Source: a virus (taxonomy: Duplodnaviria > Caudoviricetes). Taken from it: a stretch of DNA of 47,833 nt. Location: positions 1 through 47,833 of the IMG/VR virus record IMGVR_UViG_3300032327_001082, one strand, 5' to 3'. The notes under the pieces are model-generated. The model saw only the letters and a program-made list of their open reading frames with translations. It did not search any database and was not told the origin of the DNA. The position numbers and the translations under genes are program-made. This document shows, in pieces, positions 38,979-47,776 of the stretch (position 1 is its first letter; every line of letters begins with the position of its first letter).

Positions 38979-39830
38979 TTATTTTTTAATATATTCTGCA
39001 ATGCTTTGTACATTAAGTTGATCTAAATCGCCTGGATCAGTTCCGTCTGGCAATTTAATAATTTCTACTATAAATTCTAGTTGTTCAAGCGTTAATTTTA
39101 AGCTTTCTGCCGCTTTTTCTCCTGCATCATCTCCGTCAAATAATATGTATATGTGACTAATGCCTTGAGCTTTATACGGGAACATTTTTAGTTTTGTATC
39201 TGCTTGTAGAGTATTTGTGCCAAATGCACAAGCTACATTTTTTAAACCTTTATCGTAAAGATTTAGCATATCAAATATGCCTTCTACAATTACTAAACTT
39301 TTATATCCTGCTGGTATCTGTGCAGGAAAAATAGGCATTTGAACTTTGCTAGGATAATTAATATATCTAGGATTACCATTTGATAACATATGTCTAGCAA
39401 CATATACTGCGGTTTTTCCAGTTATATCTTTTATAGGAAAAATAATTCTATCTTGTAGTTTTTCTACTTGATTAGTGTAAAAAGCTTCAAAATGTTTTAA
39501 AGTTTGTTGACTAATGCCTCTAAAAGTTTTAGTAAATGGTGTAGCACCTGCAGGAAGTTCTACACCGTGTGCTTGCATTTTTAAATCTTGCAGTTTTTCT
39601 TTTAGTTTAGCAATTTTTATAGGAATAGGATTGCTGAAGATTCCATAATATTTAAATATATTAGTTTTAAATCCGCAACTAAAACAATGTGCTATTCCAC
39701 TTACTCTATCTACTCTAAAGCTAGGATTTGTGTCTGGGTGCTCTGGGTTTAAACATTTGATCAAGTAATCTCGACCGGATACTTGAAATTGCAATCCGTT
39801 TTTTTGAATCAAGTCTAAAACGGGATCCAT
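38979..39830 (-). CDS. DNA primase (CHC2 zinc finger + TOPRIM)
   Basis: CLNPEHPD...HCFSCG, VEGIFD, FDGDDAG and DPGD motifs; likely ATG at 39830. Confidence 0.95.
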   Translation of the reverse strand: MDPVLDLIQKNGLQFQVSGRDYLIKCLNPEHPDTNPSFRVDRVSGIAHCFSCGFKTNIFKYYGIFSNPIPIKIAKLKEKLQDLKMQAHGVELPAGATPFTKTFRGISQQTLKHFEAFYTNQVEKLQDRIIFPIKDITGKTAVYVARHMLSNGNPRYINYPSKVQMPIFPAQIPAGYKSLVIVEGIFDMLNLYDKGLKNVACAFGTNTLQADTKLKMFPYKAQGISHIYILFDGDDAGEKAAESLKLTLEQLEFIVEIIKLPDGTDPGDLDQLNVQSIAEYIKK

Positions 39831-39832
39831 CT

Positions 39833-41215
39833 CTATGCGTCCCAAGGTAAATCAGTTGCGAGTTCTTGTGTTTGATTATTTGTTTTTTTATTTGCTTTTT
39901 TGACAGGTTCTTTTTTAGATGGTTGATCAATGCTTTGGGGGGCAATTCTAAGTGTGTCCCAATTAATAGGGCATGTAAATGCCATCTCTTTTCCCCCACG
40001 AATCTTTGTTGTTTCAAAACTAATTGCTTGTGCATCTTTTTCATGTGCTTCCATTACTAACGCTATATCTGCTGCATCTAAAATGCCTTTGGCAAATCTG
40101 GCTTCACCACTAGCATCAATTTGATAAGGGCTTACAATAACTACTTCGTATTTTCTAGCTAAGTTTTTTAACTTCTTTGAGACTTCAATTTGTGGTTGCC
40201 AGTCGTACTGACTATTGCCCTCTATAACAATTTGATTTAAGTAATCTACAACTACAACTGATAGTTTATCACCAAATTTAGCTTTAGTTTTACCAATATG
40301 CAAATCAATAGCACCTAAAGTCAAATCTCTGTCATCAACAATAATCATTTGATTATCAGACTTTAGTTTAAAGTTTCTAACTAAAGTTTCTTCAAATTTA
40401 AATCTGTCTCTGTGGCGTAAAAACTCATCGGCCACAGATTCTGCGCCTTCAAACATTGAAGCTCTAGCTTGCACTACTTGTAGTATTTCTTGATCAGTTA
40501 GTTTATTTTGCTTTAAATTTTGCAAATTTACATTAGCTAAGATTGCTAAGTTTCGTTGCATAGTTTCATAGGCGGTCATTTCAATACTAAAATAAATACT
40601 ACTGTTTCCGGATTCGTATTGATTGATAAAAATATTACTGCAGGTAATACTTTTACCGCTACCTCGTTTACCGCCAATTAAGATAAGTTCTTGTCTAGCA
40701 ACACCACCAAGTACGCTATCAAAAGTATTATTAAGTCCAAGATAAACACGTTCTTTTTCTAAATCTTCGGGATGTTGAAAAAGCATTATATCTGCCATAG
40801 TAAATACTTTTTCACTAGTATGCGTTTTTTCTTCAATTACTAGTGCAATAGATGCTAAGTTTTCTTTTATTTCATTTGAATCGTACAGTGGAAGTTTATC
40901 CACAAATTTGTCTAGTAGTTTTACAGTTTCATTTTGCGTATATTGATCTATAAGTGCATCAAGTGCTATTTCTGCTGTTACGTCTGGAATTTCTGTTAAT
41001 TTTAGCGTAGCTAGTATTTTTGATGCAGGACCTTCTCGCAGTGTAAGTTCTAGGTCATCAAAATTTGGAAGTGCATTATACTTTTCATAATGCTTATTGA
41101 TAACACTATACAAGGACGAGTAAGCCGGATCTAAAAACACTAGCTTTAGCTTGGCCCAAATATCTAGACTTTGCTCTTGAAGCAGCTTGTTTAAGACTAC
41201 GGCTGAAACATCCAT
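39833..41215 (-). CDS. DnaB-like replicative helicase
   Basis: GGKRGSGKS, FSIEM, VVDYLN and SPYQ motifs; adjacent to primase. Confidence 0.93.
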   Translation of the reverse strand: MDVSAVVLNKLLQEQSLDIWAKLKLVFLDPAYSSLYSVINKHYEKYNALPNFDDLELTLREGPASKILATLKLTEIPDVTAEIALDALIDQYTQNETVKLLDKFVDKLPLYDSNEIKENLASIALVIEEKTHTSEKVFTMADIMLFQHPEDLEKERVYLGLNNTFDSVLGGVARQELILIGGKRGSGKSITCSNIFINQYESGNSSIYFSIEMTAYETMQRNLAILANVNLQNLKQNKLTDQEILQVVQARASMFEGAESVADEFLRHRDRFKFEETLVRNFKLKSDNQMIIVDDRDLTLGAIDLHIGKTKAKFGDKLSVVVVDYLNQIVIEGNSQYDWQPQIEVSKKLKNLARKYEVVIVSPYQIDASGEARFAKGILDAADIALVMEAHEKDAQAISFETTKIRGGKEMAFTCPINWDTLRIAPQSIDQPSKKEPVKKANKKTNNQTQELATDLPWDA

Positions 41216-41216
41216 A

Positions 41217-41516
41217 TTAACCTACCTTAGATTCATTATCTACTATTACTTGGTCTATAATTTCTGTTACTTTGTAAATAATTTGATTACGCAGACGTTT
41301 AATATCTTGTTGATAACTAGTATCTTTATCAAACAACATACTTAATTGTTCATGAGTAACTAATTGTTGTAAACCAAAATAGATATGATCATAGGCCATT
41401 GTAGAATCAGGCATTACATCTACCTGAGCTAAACGGCCATAATTATGAACTGCTTGTATTACTACTTCTTCAACAGTAAACGACTCTGAGTCGTGATATG
41501 TAATGGTAACTTTCAT
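41217..41516 (-). CDS. Hypothetical protein
   Basis: 99-aa ORF abutting the helicase start. Confidence 0.7.
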   Translation of the reverse strand: MKVTITYHDSESFTVEEVVIQAVHNYGRLAQVDVMPDSTMAYDHIYFGLQQLVTHEQLSMLFDKDTSYQQDIKRLRNQIIYKVTEIIDQVIVDNESKVG

Positions 41517-41533
41517 TTACTGGTTTCCAAAGT

Positions 41534-41567
41534 AAAAAAGGCCGGGAGCCTATAAAAACTCCCGGCC
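41534..41567 (-). terminator. Intrinsic terminator after the D5-like gene
   Basis: GGCCGGGAG / CTCCCGGCC stem followed by T6 on the - strand. Confidence 0.88.
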
Positions 41568-41584
41568 CTGCTGTTTAAAGGGAT

Positions 41585-42331
41585 TTAAGCAGCTAGTTTA
41601 GCTTCTGCTTTAGCCTTTTTATCGGCTCCTTTGTAGTCAGCAACATTAATGCCGCGACGTGTAAGCAGGGTGCGTAGACCGCGCTCAGTTTTATCAACTT
41701 TAGCTGCAATTTCTGCAACAGTCATAGTTGTAATACGCTCACCAAGTGCAACAATTGGATCTACTTGATCTTTAGCGTGTGATTCGCGTTGTGCTGGAAT
41801 CTTTGCAATTTGACCTTTACGAGTAAGGCTAAGTGCTTTGCCACGAACTGAAGCAACAGTTTTGTTAAGAGCTTGTGCAATATCTTCAATAAAGCTACCG
41901 CGCTCAGCCATCTGAACAAACTTGTTTTCTTCAGCTTCTGTATAGCTACGTGCTACCTCAACTTTTTCAGCAGGCTTAACACTGCCAGTCATTTCTAGGG
42001 CAAGTAGTTTGCCTTGAATTTGTTTTGCTGTAAATTTGCCATCAGCAAATTTTTCTGCAATTTGTTTATAGGTAAATACATTAGCATTGCTATTAACAAA
42101 ATTAGCAAGTGCACTACCTTCATCTTCAGTAAATGCGCTAACTTTTTCTTTTGCCATGCTAACTACTTCATGGTCTAGTTGACGTAGTTTTGCAGCTACA
42201 CTACGTGTGCTAACATCAAGGGCTTCAGCGGCTTGTTCAACTTTAGAAACCGATACAGGGGACTCATGTCCTACAATTTCTAGAAGTTGAGCAACAGCTT
42301 CGTCGGACCATTTTTTAAGTTTTTCAGTCAT
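41585..42331 (-). CDS. DNA-binding transcriptional regulator (T5 D5-like)
   Basis: Four tandem HTH-like units (RSVAAKLRQL, KQIQGKLLALE, ASVRGKALSL, ERGLRTLLTRRG); lies after ligase B as in T5. Confidence 0.88.
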   Translation of the reverse strand: MTEKLKKWSDEAVAQLLEIVGHESPVSVSKVEQAAEALDVSTRSVAAKLRQLDHEVVSMAKEKVSAFTEDEGSALANFVNSNANVFTYKQIAEKFADGKFTAKQIQGKLLALEMTGSVKPAEKVEVARSYTEAEENKFVQMAERGSFIEDIAQALNKTVASVRGKALSLTRKGQIAKIPAQRESHAKDQVDPIVALGERITTMTVAEIAAKVDKTERGLRTLLTRRGINVADYKGADKKAKAEAKLAA

Positions 42332-43085
42332 ATTTTTTCTCGTTTAAGAAGTGTAATAAGTTTTTGATGATTGTAATACCGAGTTGATCGGCTTTAATAC
42401 GTTTTGAACTGCCTTTGTTATCTTCATCTACTAAATAATTAGTTTGTTTAGTTACTGAATCAGTAACTTTAAAACCTGCATTTTCTAGTGCTTTTGTGGC
42501 TTCTGCTTTAGTTTTAAATGAAGCTAACTTACCAGTTATGCAAACAACTTCGCCGATTGCATTGGCTACTGGTTTATTATCTACTGTAAAAGAGAATGGC
42601 AAGAACTCTTTCATTTCTTGAAAATCTGTCTCTAGCCAAGAGATTAGATTATTAGTAACTTTTTCTCCTAGACCTGCTTGTTTACACTGTTCTTCGGTAA
42701 TATCATCAATGCTATGCACTACTTTGCTGATTTTTTGTGCTGCTGTGTTACCTACAAGCGGTATGCTAAAAGCAGGCAATATGGTTGCTAAATCACTATT
42801 ACGAGAACGATTAATTTCATCTAGTAGTTTTACTGCAATTTTTTCACTACCTAATGCCGCAATAATTTCATCAAGCTCAAGATAATAAATTTCAGTAATA
42901 TCACTTAGTTGAAGTTTTTCTAGTGTTTTAGCACCCATGCCTTTGATGCCCAATGTTTTACAAAAATGCTCTAATTTTTTACCTAACTGTGCACCACAGG
43001 CTTGGTTACGACAAAAAAGTTGATCGTTAACAAGCTCTAGGGTATACTCACAACACGGACAATTAGTGGGAATTTTGATCTTCAT
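42324..43085 (-). CDS. NAD-dependent DNA ligase subunit B (zinc finger, HhH, BRCT)
   Basis: PTNCPCC...FCRNQAC, IKGMG HhH, and VCITGKL...SVTKQTNYLV BRCT. Confidence 0.92.
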   Translation of the reverse strand: MKIKIPTNCPCCEYTLELVNDQLFCRNQACGAQLGKKLEHFCKTLGIKGMGAKTLEKLQLSDITEIYYLELDEIIAALGSEKIAVKLLDEINRSRNSDLATILPAFSIPLVGNTAAQKISKVVHSIDDITEEQCKQAGLGEKVTNNLISWLETDFQEMKEFLPFSFTVDNKPVANAIGEVVCITGKLASFKTKAEATKALENAGFKVTDSVTKQTNYLVDEDNKGSSKRIKADQLGITIIKNLLHFLNEKKYD

Positions 43086-43111
43086 TGTGCGTTTTTCAAA
43101 TTTAATAATGT

Positions 43112-43140
43112 ATTATACAGTATTAGGCTAGGTTTTGCAA
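43112..43140 (-). promoter_or_regulatory. sigma70 promoter between the two ligase genes
   Basis: TTGCAA-17 nt-TATAAT with upstream AAAATTTT. Confidence 0.85.
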
Positions 43141-43151
43141 GTGAAAATTTT

Positions 43152-44105
43152 CTATGCCTCTACCTTGTGTAAAATGCAGGGAATTATTTCTCCGCTGCGT
43201 ACTACTGCTACAGTATCACCAATTTCTAGGCCTAGTGCTTCAATAAAACCTGGATTATTTAGTGTGGCTCTGCTGACCATAGCATCACCTATTAACACAG
43301 GCTCTAAGATTGCTACTGGTGTTACTTTGCCACTTTTACCAACTTGCCATTCAACATCTAACAATTTAGTTTCTACATGATCAGCACGCTCTTTACGAGC
43401 ATAAGCACCTCGTGGATGTTTACTAGTATAACCTAGTTGTTCAAACTGGTGATTGTTGTTAAGCCTAAATACTACACCGTCAGTAGGATAAATTTTTTCT
43501 AAATCAGTTTCCTGCACAGTATTGAAACCAAACTGCTTTAGCATACGCATATCGGCATCGTAAGTTTGTCCTACAAATGGCTGAACACCGTATGCAAAAA
43601 AACTAATAGCACGAGTACCAAATTCAGTAGTATCTTTAAGATTAAGGCTACCAGCAGCATAATTTCTAGCATTAGAAATATGTTGTGGAGCAACAATCTC
43701 GCCAGTAACTTGAATTACTTCTTTATAAGGAATAGTATGTGGAACTAGGCTTGCAGTACTAAGCAGTTTATCGGTAATTAGTTGACCCTCTACTCCATCA
43801 CCACGAGTAAGTGCTTGCACTAATTTACCATCTACATACAACAAACTAACAGCAGCGCCATCAAGTTTAACGCTCATGCTAATATCGCCCATGCCTGCTA
43901 GTGGATTAGCCTTACCCTCATCTTCGTAGTGCTTTTGTAGAGAATACATAGGATAATAATGCTTAGCTTTAGCGCCTTGAGCCTGTGCGCCTACGGCTGA
44001 ATATCCAATAGTTTCAGCTAGGCGATCAAACTGCAAATCACTAATAATAGGTAAGCCTGCATAATAAGCTTGACTTGCACTATCTAGGTACTGTTTAAGT
44101 GTCAT
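43152..44105 (-). CDS. NAD-dependent DNA ligase subunit A (adenylation + OB domains)
   Basis: YY..SD.QFD, PMYSLQK, KLDG, TRGDG..G, RNYAAGSL, DGVV, RATLNN and RSGEIIP motifs. Confidence 0.95.
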   Translation of the reverse strand: MTLKQYLDSASQAYYAGLPIISDLQFDRLAETIGYSAVGAQAQGAKAKHYYPMYSLQKHYEDEGKANPLAGMGDISMSVKLDGAAVSLLYVDGKLVQALTRGDGVEGQLITDKLLSTASLVPHTIPYKEVIQVTGEIVAPQHISNARNYAAGSLNLKDTTEFGTRAISFFAYGVQPFVGQTYDADMRMLKQFGFNTVQETDLEKIYPTDGVVFRLNNNHQFEQLGYTSKHPRGAYARKERADHVETKLLDVEWQVGKSGKVTPVAILEPVLIGDAMVSRATLNNPGFIEALGLEIGDTVAVVRSGEIIPCILHKVEA

Positions 44106-44737
44106 AGACCTTCCACAAACTCACAAAAAAGTTGATTATGATAACCTTCATGCCAACCAACAAAATCATCTAGTTCATACCACCACTGTTCGCTTTCCGG
44201 ATGACAACCAATCAGCCCTACTGTATTTTGATAAACTGCCATTGCGTCACCATTGGCATAAGTAGCAATAATATCAGTAAAACTTAAATTACCAACAAAA
44301 GCACAGCCATCATAAAAATACATATCTTCTTGCTGACCATTCCACTCTACACTTGCAAGAGTAGGGCCTTCAGTTACAATATCTGCATCTGGCTGAGAAA
44401 TATACTGTACAGGCTCAATACCGTGAAGAATGTCAAAGTAATAGCTGCCAGCCCAGTAAGCGCCCATGCAAATACCTAAATATTTGCCACCATCGCTAAC
44501 AAAGTCACGAACTACGTCAACATGATCTGGCTCAAAAATTTCATCAAACTGATCGCTGTCGCCAATGCCGCCAGGAAAAGCCAGAATATCTACATTAAGC
44601 AAAAATTTACTATTAAGATCTTCAATGCCAAACAACTTTACTTCAAATTTATCTTGAAGTGCAGCTTCCATAGCTAGTGCACACTCTACTTCACACACAG
44701 GATCATGAACAAAAATTGCAACGGTTTGTTTCATCAT
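44102..44737 (-). CDS. BPL_N-like class I glutamine amidotransferase-fold protein
   Basis: FPGG, nucleophile elbow GGKYLGICMGAY and HPE, giving a Cys-His-Glu triad. Confidence 0.8.
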   Translation of the reverse strand: MMKQTVAIFVHDPVCEVECALAMEAALQDKFEVKLFGIEDLNSKFLLNVDILAFPGGIGDSDQFDEIFEPDHVDVVRDFVSDGGKYLGICMGAYWAGSYYFDILHGIEPVQYISQPDADIVTEGPTLASVEWNGQQEDMYFYDGCAFVGNLSFTDIIATYANGDAMAVYQNTVGLIGCHPESEQWWYELDDFVGWHEGYHNQLFCEFVEGL

Positions 44738-44761
44738 ATTTCCTTTTTCAAAATATAATAT

Positions 44762-44790
44762 ATTATACCAGTTTAAACAGATAAAATCAA
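44762..44790 (-). promoter_or_regulatory. sigma70 promoter
   Basis: TTGATT-17 nt-TATAAT. Confidence 0.85.
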
Positions 44791-45074
44791 GTAGGTTTTT
44801 CTAGTAGCTGACGAGCATAGCTTTCAATAATTTCTTCGCCTTCTGCCTGACTACAAATATCAAATAATCCATCTAGCAAACTATAGATATTTTGTAGTGA
44901 AGCGGGAATACTTACGCCTTCACGACTAGGAATCCAGTCACCTTCATAACTTAAAAAGTATTTTCTAAGTTGTAGGTAAGTAACGTCTTTAAAGTCATTG
45001 ACTACTAGCCTAACCTGAAAACCTTTATCTAAGTTTTCTTCAATTAGTTTTTCATATAGAATATTTGAGTCCAT
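44787..45074 (-). CDS. PC4-like ssDNA-binding protein
   Basis: VRLVVNDFKDVTYLQLRKYF...W.P.REGVSI matches the PC4 fold pattern; T5 has such a gene upstream of its ligase. Confidence 0.8.
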   Translation of the reverse strand: MDSNILYEKLIEENLDKGFQVRLVVNDFKDVTYLQLRKYFLSYEGDWIPSREGVSIPASLQNIYSLLDGLFDICSQAEGEEIIESYARQLLEKPT

Positions 45075-45697
45075 TAAACTTTAATTCCTAGTTCGCGCAA
45101 ATGTTTAAGACTAGCTAATTCACAAGCTGGTTGATATGCGCTTTGTAACCAGCGTTCACTAAGCAACCATACTCTGTAAATCCAACCATATTCTGCGTGT
45201 GTTTGTTCTGCTTGTATTTTACACATTGAATCGTATCTGGCACTGTACACTACTTCACCTATAGCAAATTTATCTTGCATTGCGCCCTCAGGAATTAACT
45301 CAGGTTTAAAATAGTCTGGGCTACTTTTACGAATAGGCACATTGTGCATATCTAGAACTTGCTTAATAAGCTGAGTGCCACGATAAGTATTTTTGCTTAT
45401 TTCACTTACAGGCTCGCCAGCAAGATAGCTTTGAATTATAAACTGTACTTCGTCTAGTGTAATAGGTTTGCCGCGTTTTTCAGCTCTGCGCTTAGCAGTC
45501 TTTTCCTTGCGATCTTTGTGTGTTTGAATAATCTGATCAAGCCTGGTAGTATTATAGCTCATACCCAGGATTTGACAAGCATCTTTTTTAGTTATAGGCT
45601 TAACGCCTTGCTCTTTAGGTTCAAGCAAGCTAATAACACGCTCAATATTAGCGTCAGTCATGCGTTCTTGTTCAAGTTCTGTGCGTTTACGAGCCAT
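45074..45697 (-). CDS. Putative DNA-binding protein (T5 D2-like)
   Basis: TKKDACQILG HTH, YRVWLLSE and ELASLKHLRELG motifs; likely ATG at 45697 with GGAG SD. Confidence 0.65.
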   Translation of the reverse strand: MARKRTELEQERMTDANIERVISLLEPKEQGVKPITKKDACQILGMSYNTTRLDQIIQTHKDRKEKTAKRRAEKRGKPITLDEVQFIIQSYLAGEPVSEISKNTYRGTQLIKQVLDMHNVPIRKSSPDYFKPELIPEGAMQDKFAIGEVVYSARYDSMCKIQAEQTHAEYGWIYRVWLLSERWLQSAYQPACELASLKHLRELGIKV

Positions 45698-45712
45698 AAT
45701 TACTCCACAAAT

Positions 45713-45737
45713 AAGAAAAGGCAGCACTAGGCTGCCT
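45713..45737 (-). terminator. Intrinsic terminator after the D3-like gene
   Basis: AGGCAGC / GCTGCCT stem followed by TTTCTT on the - strand. Confidence 0.7.
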
Positions 45738-45741
45738 ATTT

Positions 45742-46104
45742 TTATGCTTTAAGCACACTCAAAAAATACACTGCTGCTTTACCAGTTAGCTTGCTAAGAA
45801 TGTCGTCATCAACTGGACCGCCTTTAGCTTCAATTGCTGCTTTAAGATCAGCAATACTGGACTCTTTGCTTACACGTTTAGGTGCATCACCAGCAGCTTT
45901 TTTATCGCCACTAGGCTTAGCGGCTGTGGCGTCTTTTTTAACATAAACACCAGCCTGAACTAGTACCATGCGAACGCCATTAGGTGAGGCTTCGATTTCT
46001 TCGGCAATGTCTTTGATAATTTCAGTACTGGACTCAGGCGTTGGCTCTGCGTCTTGATACATTTTAATTACATTAGCTTTGAGTTCGTCATTCCATTGTG
46101 TCAT
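45742..46104 (-). CDS. T5 D3-like protein
   Basis: TQWNDEL, PNGVRMVLVQAGVYVKK and KLTGKAA motifs recalled from T5 D3; AAGGA SD. Confidence 0.75.
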   Translation of the reverse strand: MTQWNDELKANVIKMYQDAEPTPESSTEIIKDIAEEIEASPNGVRMVLVQAGVYVKKDATAAKPSGDKKAAGDAPKRVSKESSIADLKAAIEAKGGPVDDDILSKLTGKAAVYFLSVLKA

Positions 46105-46114
46105 TTTTATTTCC

Positions 46115-46387
46115 TTAGATAATTTCTACAGTTACTTCAGTCATTTTAGTGGGCATAAACTGACGATAGTTATGGTTTAAATCGTGTTTTGCTATAAGCT
46201 GCATTGTTTCTTCGTGTTGACGATTTTTTAGCTCGCGCATTTCACGAGTAAACTGTTCAAATTCAAGTTCAGGTAGTTCAGTAACATCAATGCCACTAAA
46301 CAAATCTGTAGGTTCTTGTGTTACTACAAGAGCACGAGAGCTAACGTCACCATTGTCTTTTGTGTACTTAAATTCAATAAACTTCAT
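46115..46387 (-). CDS. Hypothetical protein
   Basis: AAGGA SD and upstream promoter; N-terminal FKYTKDNGDVSSR motif. Confidence 0.7.
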   Translation of the reverse strand: MKFIEFKYTKDNGDVSSRALVVTQEPTDLFSGIDVTELPELEFEQFTREMRELKNRQHEETMQLIAKHDLNHNYRQFMPTKMTEVTVEII

Positions 46388-46416
46388 CTTAAATCCTTTA
46401 TTGCAACAGAAATAAT

Positions 46417-46445
46417 ATTATATCAACAATTGATTGCAAATTCAA
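46417..46445 (-). promoter_or_regulatory. sigma70 promoter
   Basis: TTGAAT-17 nt-TATAAT. Confidence 0.85.
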
Positions 46446-46450
46446 GTGCG

Positions 46451-46711
46451 TTATTCTGCTTCTCTAATTGCTTTGTTGATTCCTAAGCTGGCTTGTTCAA
46501 ACATTCTAGGAACAAATAGTACAAAAATAATTAAAGGTGCAAATAGCATATTAATTATAAAAAATACTAACGAGCTTAGCAATGGTTGTTTAGTAAATGA
46601 ATTTACAATTCCTTGTTGCTTAGCACCCCACATAGCAGGCCAGATCATTTCATATAAACAACAAATAGAAGTAGTTATACAAAAAATTAAATATAAGGTT
46701 ATACTTTCCAT
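46451..46711 (-). CDS. Small two-TM membrane protein
   Basis: Two hydrophobic segments; overlaps the upstream gene in the operon. Confidence 0.7.
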   Translation of the reverse strand: MESITLYLIFCITTSICCLYEMIWPAMWGAKQQGIVNSFTKQPLLSSLVFFIINMLFAPLIIFVLFVPRMFEQASLGINKAIREAE

Positions 46712-47079
46712 TTGGCTCTATCCCCTAGCTTAAAACTAACTGTTTGCGATTGCAACGCTTTAGGGTTAAAGTTAGTTCTTAAACTTGCTAGTGTAGAGTC
46801 TGCAATTTTAGAATTACTACTAAATACATCATGCGGACAACTACCGCATACTTGTCGAATTAGTTGTGCTTCATGAATTTTAGTTTTATTCCAGATTGTG
46901 GCTTTGGGTGTTTTACGGCGATATGTAATGTTTTTTATTGCCAACTCAATTTGTTTTGCATTACCAGGATTTTTTTGTAGTGCGCGCAATAATTTGCGTT
47001 CACGATTATGTTTCCAAGTTTGTTTGCTTTTATAAAGGTCGTAGCAGGCTTGCTTGCCTTTACTAGATGTTTTTGCCAT
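46699..47079 (-). CDS. Basic hypothetical protein
   Basis: K/R-rich 126-aa ORF with AGGA SD. Confidence 0.7.
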   Translation of the reverse strand: MAKTSSKGKQACYDLYKSKQTWKHNRERKLLRALQKNPGNAKQIELAIKNITYRRKTPKATIWNKTKIHEAQLIRQVCGSCPHDVFSSNSKIADSTLASLRTNFNPKALQSQTVSFKLGDRAKWKV

Positions 47080-47308
47080 AGTTATGTAGTCCTGTTAATA
47101 CAAAAACGTCTTTGTTATTATGTTTGTGTATTTTAACACAATTATTTTCTTCTAGGTACTCTAAAAAATTAAATATATGCCCATAAGTTTTAAGATTAAC
47201 ACCATGGTTTAGCAATAACTTATTTACTTTAGTTAAGTAGTCAAGAGTAATTTCTTGACTACTAGTACCTAGTTCAAATAACAATTCTTTGATAGGGTTA
47301 TCAGTCAT
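47063..47308 (-). CDS. Hypothetical protein (possible winged helix)
   Basis: Likely ATG at 47308, overlapping the upstream stop; helix-helix-beta-hairpin pattern (FLEYLEENNCVKI). Confidence 0.55.
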   Translation of the reverse strand: MTDNPIKELLFELGTSSQEITLDYLTKVNKLLLNHGVNLKTYGHIFNFLEYLEENNCVKIHKHNNKDVFVLTGLHNYGKNI

Positions 47309-47612
47309 TGAAAACAATAGATTCTTCGTAGTTGTCGTCTTCTAAATTAAGTTTTAATTGTTCAGCTTCTTCAAGTTGTTCGTGCATATCATAACAACGT
47401 TGAAGAGCCTCAATTAGTGAAGGAACAGACTCGATGTCTACAGGAATAGTACGCTCACAACCATCAAAAATTACTACTTCATTAGTGCCACCGGCATTGC
47501 TTCCAAACTCTAGCCCATAGTAAAAGCAAAAGTCTGGCTCGCTTTCGGTTTGAAACATACCGTCGGTATCAAGTACTGAGTCTTGTTCTTGTGATCCAAA
47601 ATAAATTTTCAT
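47301..47612 (-). CDS. Acidic hypothetical protein
   Basis: AAGGA SD; first gene after the promoter at 47652-47680. Confidence 0.7.
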   Translation of the reverse strand: MKIYFGSQEQDSVLDTDGMFQTESEPDFCFYYGLEFGSNAGGTNEVVIFDGCERTIPVDIESVPSLIEALQRCYDMHEQLEEAEQLKLNLEDDNYEESIVFND

Positions 47613-47651
47613 GTGCTTAGTCCTTTTTAAAAATAATTTCCGAGAACAAAT

Positions 47652-47680
47652 ATTATAGCAAAGTTAACTATTATTTTCAA
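47652..47680 (-). promoter_or_regulatory. sigma70 promoter
   Basis: TTGAAA-17 nt-TATAAT with an upstream A/T tract. Confidence 0.85.
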
Positions 47681-47697
47681 GAAAATAATTTTTGTGG

Positions 47698-47771
47698 TGG
47701 CAGGGATACTAGGATTTGAACCTAGAATAACGGAATCAAAATCCGTGGTGTTGCCATTACACTATATCCCA
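47698..47771 (-). tRNA. tRNA-Gln (TTG anticodon) with encoded CCA
   Basis: Cloverleaf: acceptor TGGGATA/TATCCCT, anticodon arm ACGGA-TTTTGAT-TCCGT, T arm CTAGG-TTCAAAT-CCTAG, then G-CCA. Confidence 0.93.
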
Positions 47772-47776
47772 ACTGT

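Noticed and set aside
39721-40124. Alternative ORFs 39721-40044 (-), 39866-40060 (+) and 39930-40124 (+)
   Set aside because: Shadow frames overlapping the well-supported helicase and primase genes.
27110-41215. Inteins, introns or homing endonucleases in nrdJ, polymerase or helicases
   Set aside because: The proteins are of compact length with contiguous motifs; I saw no LAGLIDADG, HNH or intein splice motifs.
42324-44105. Ligase pseudogene or frameshift
   Set aside because: A two-gene ligase is normal for T5-like phages, and both parts retain their motifs and starts.
46434-46733. + strand 99-aa ORF
   Set aside because: It is antisense to a - strand operon gene, has a TTG start, and overlaps a - strand promoter.
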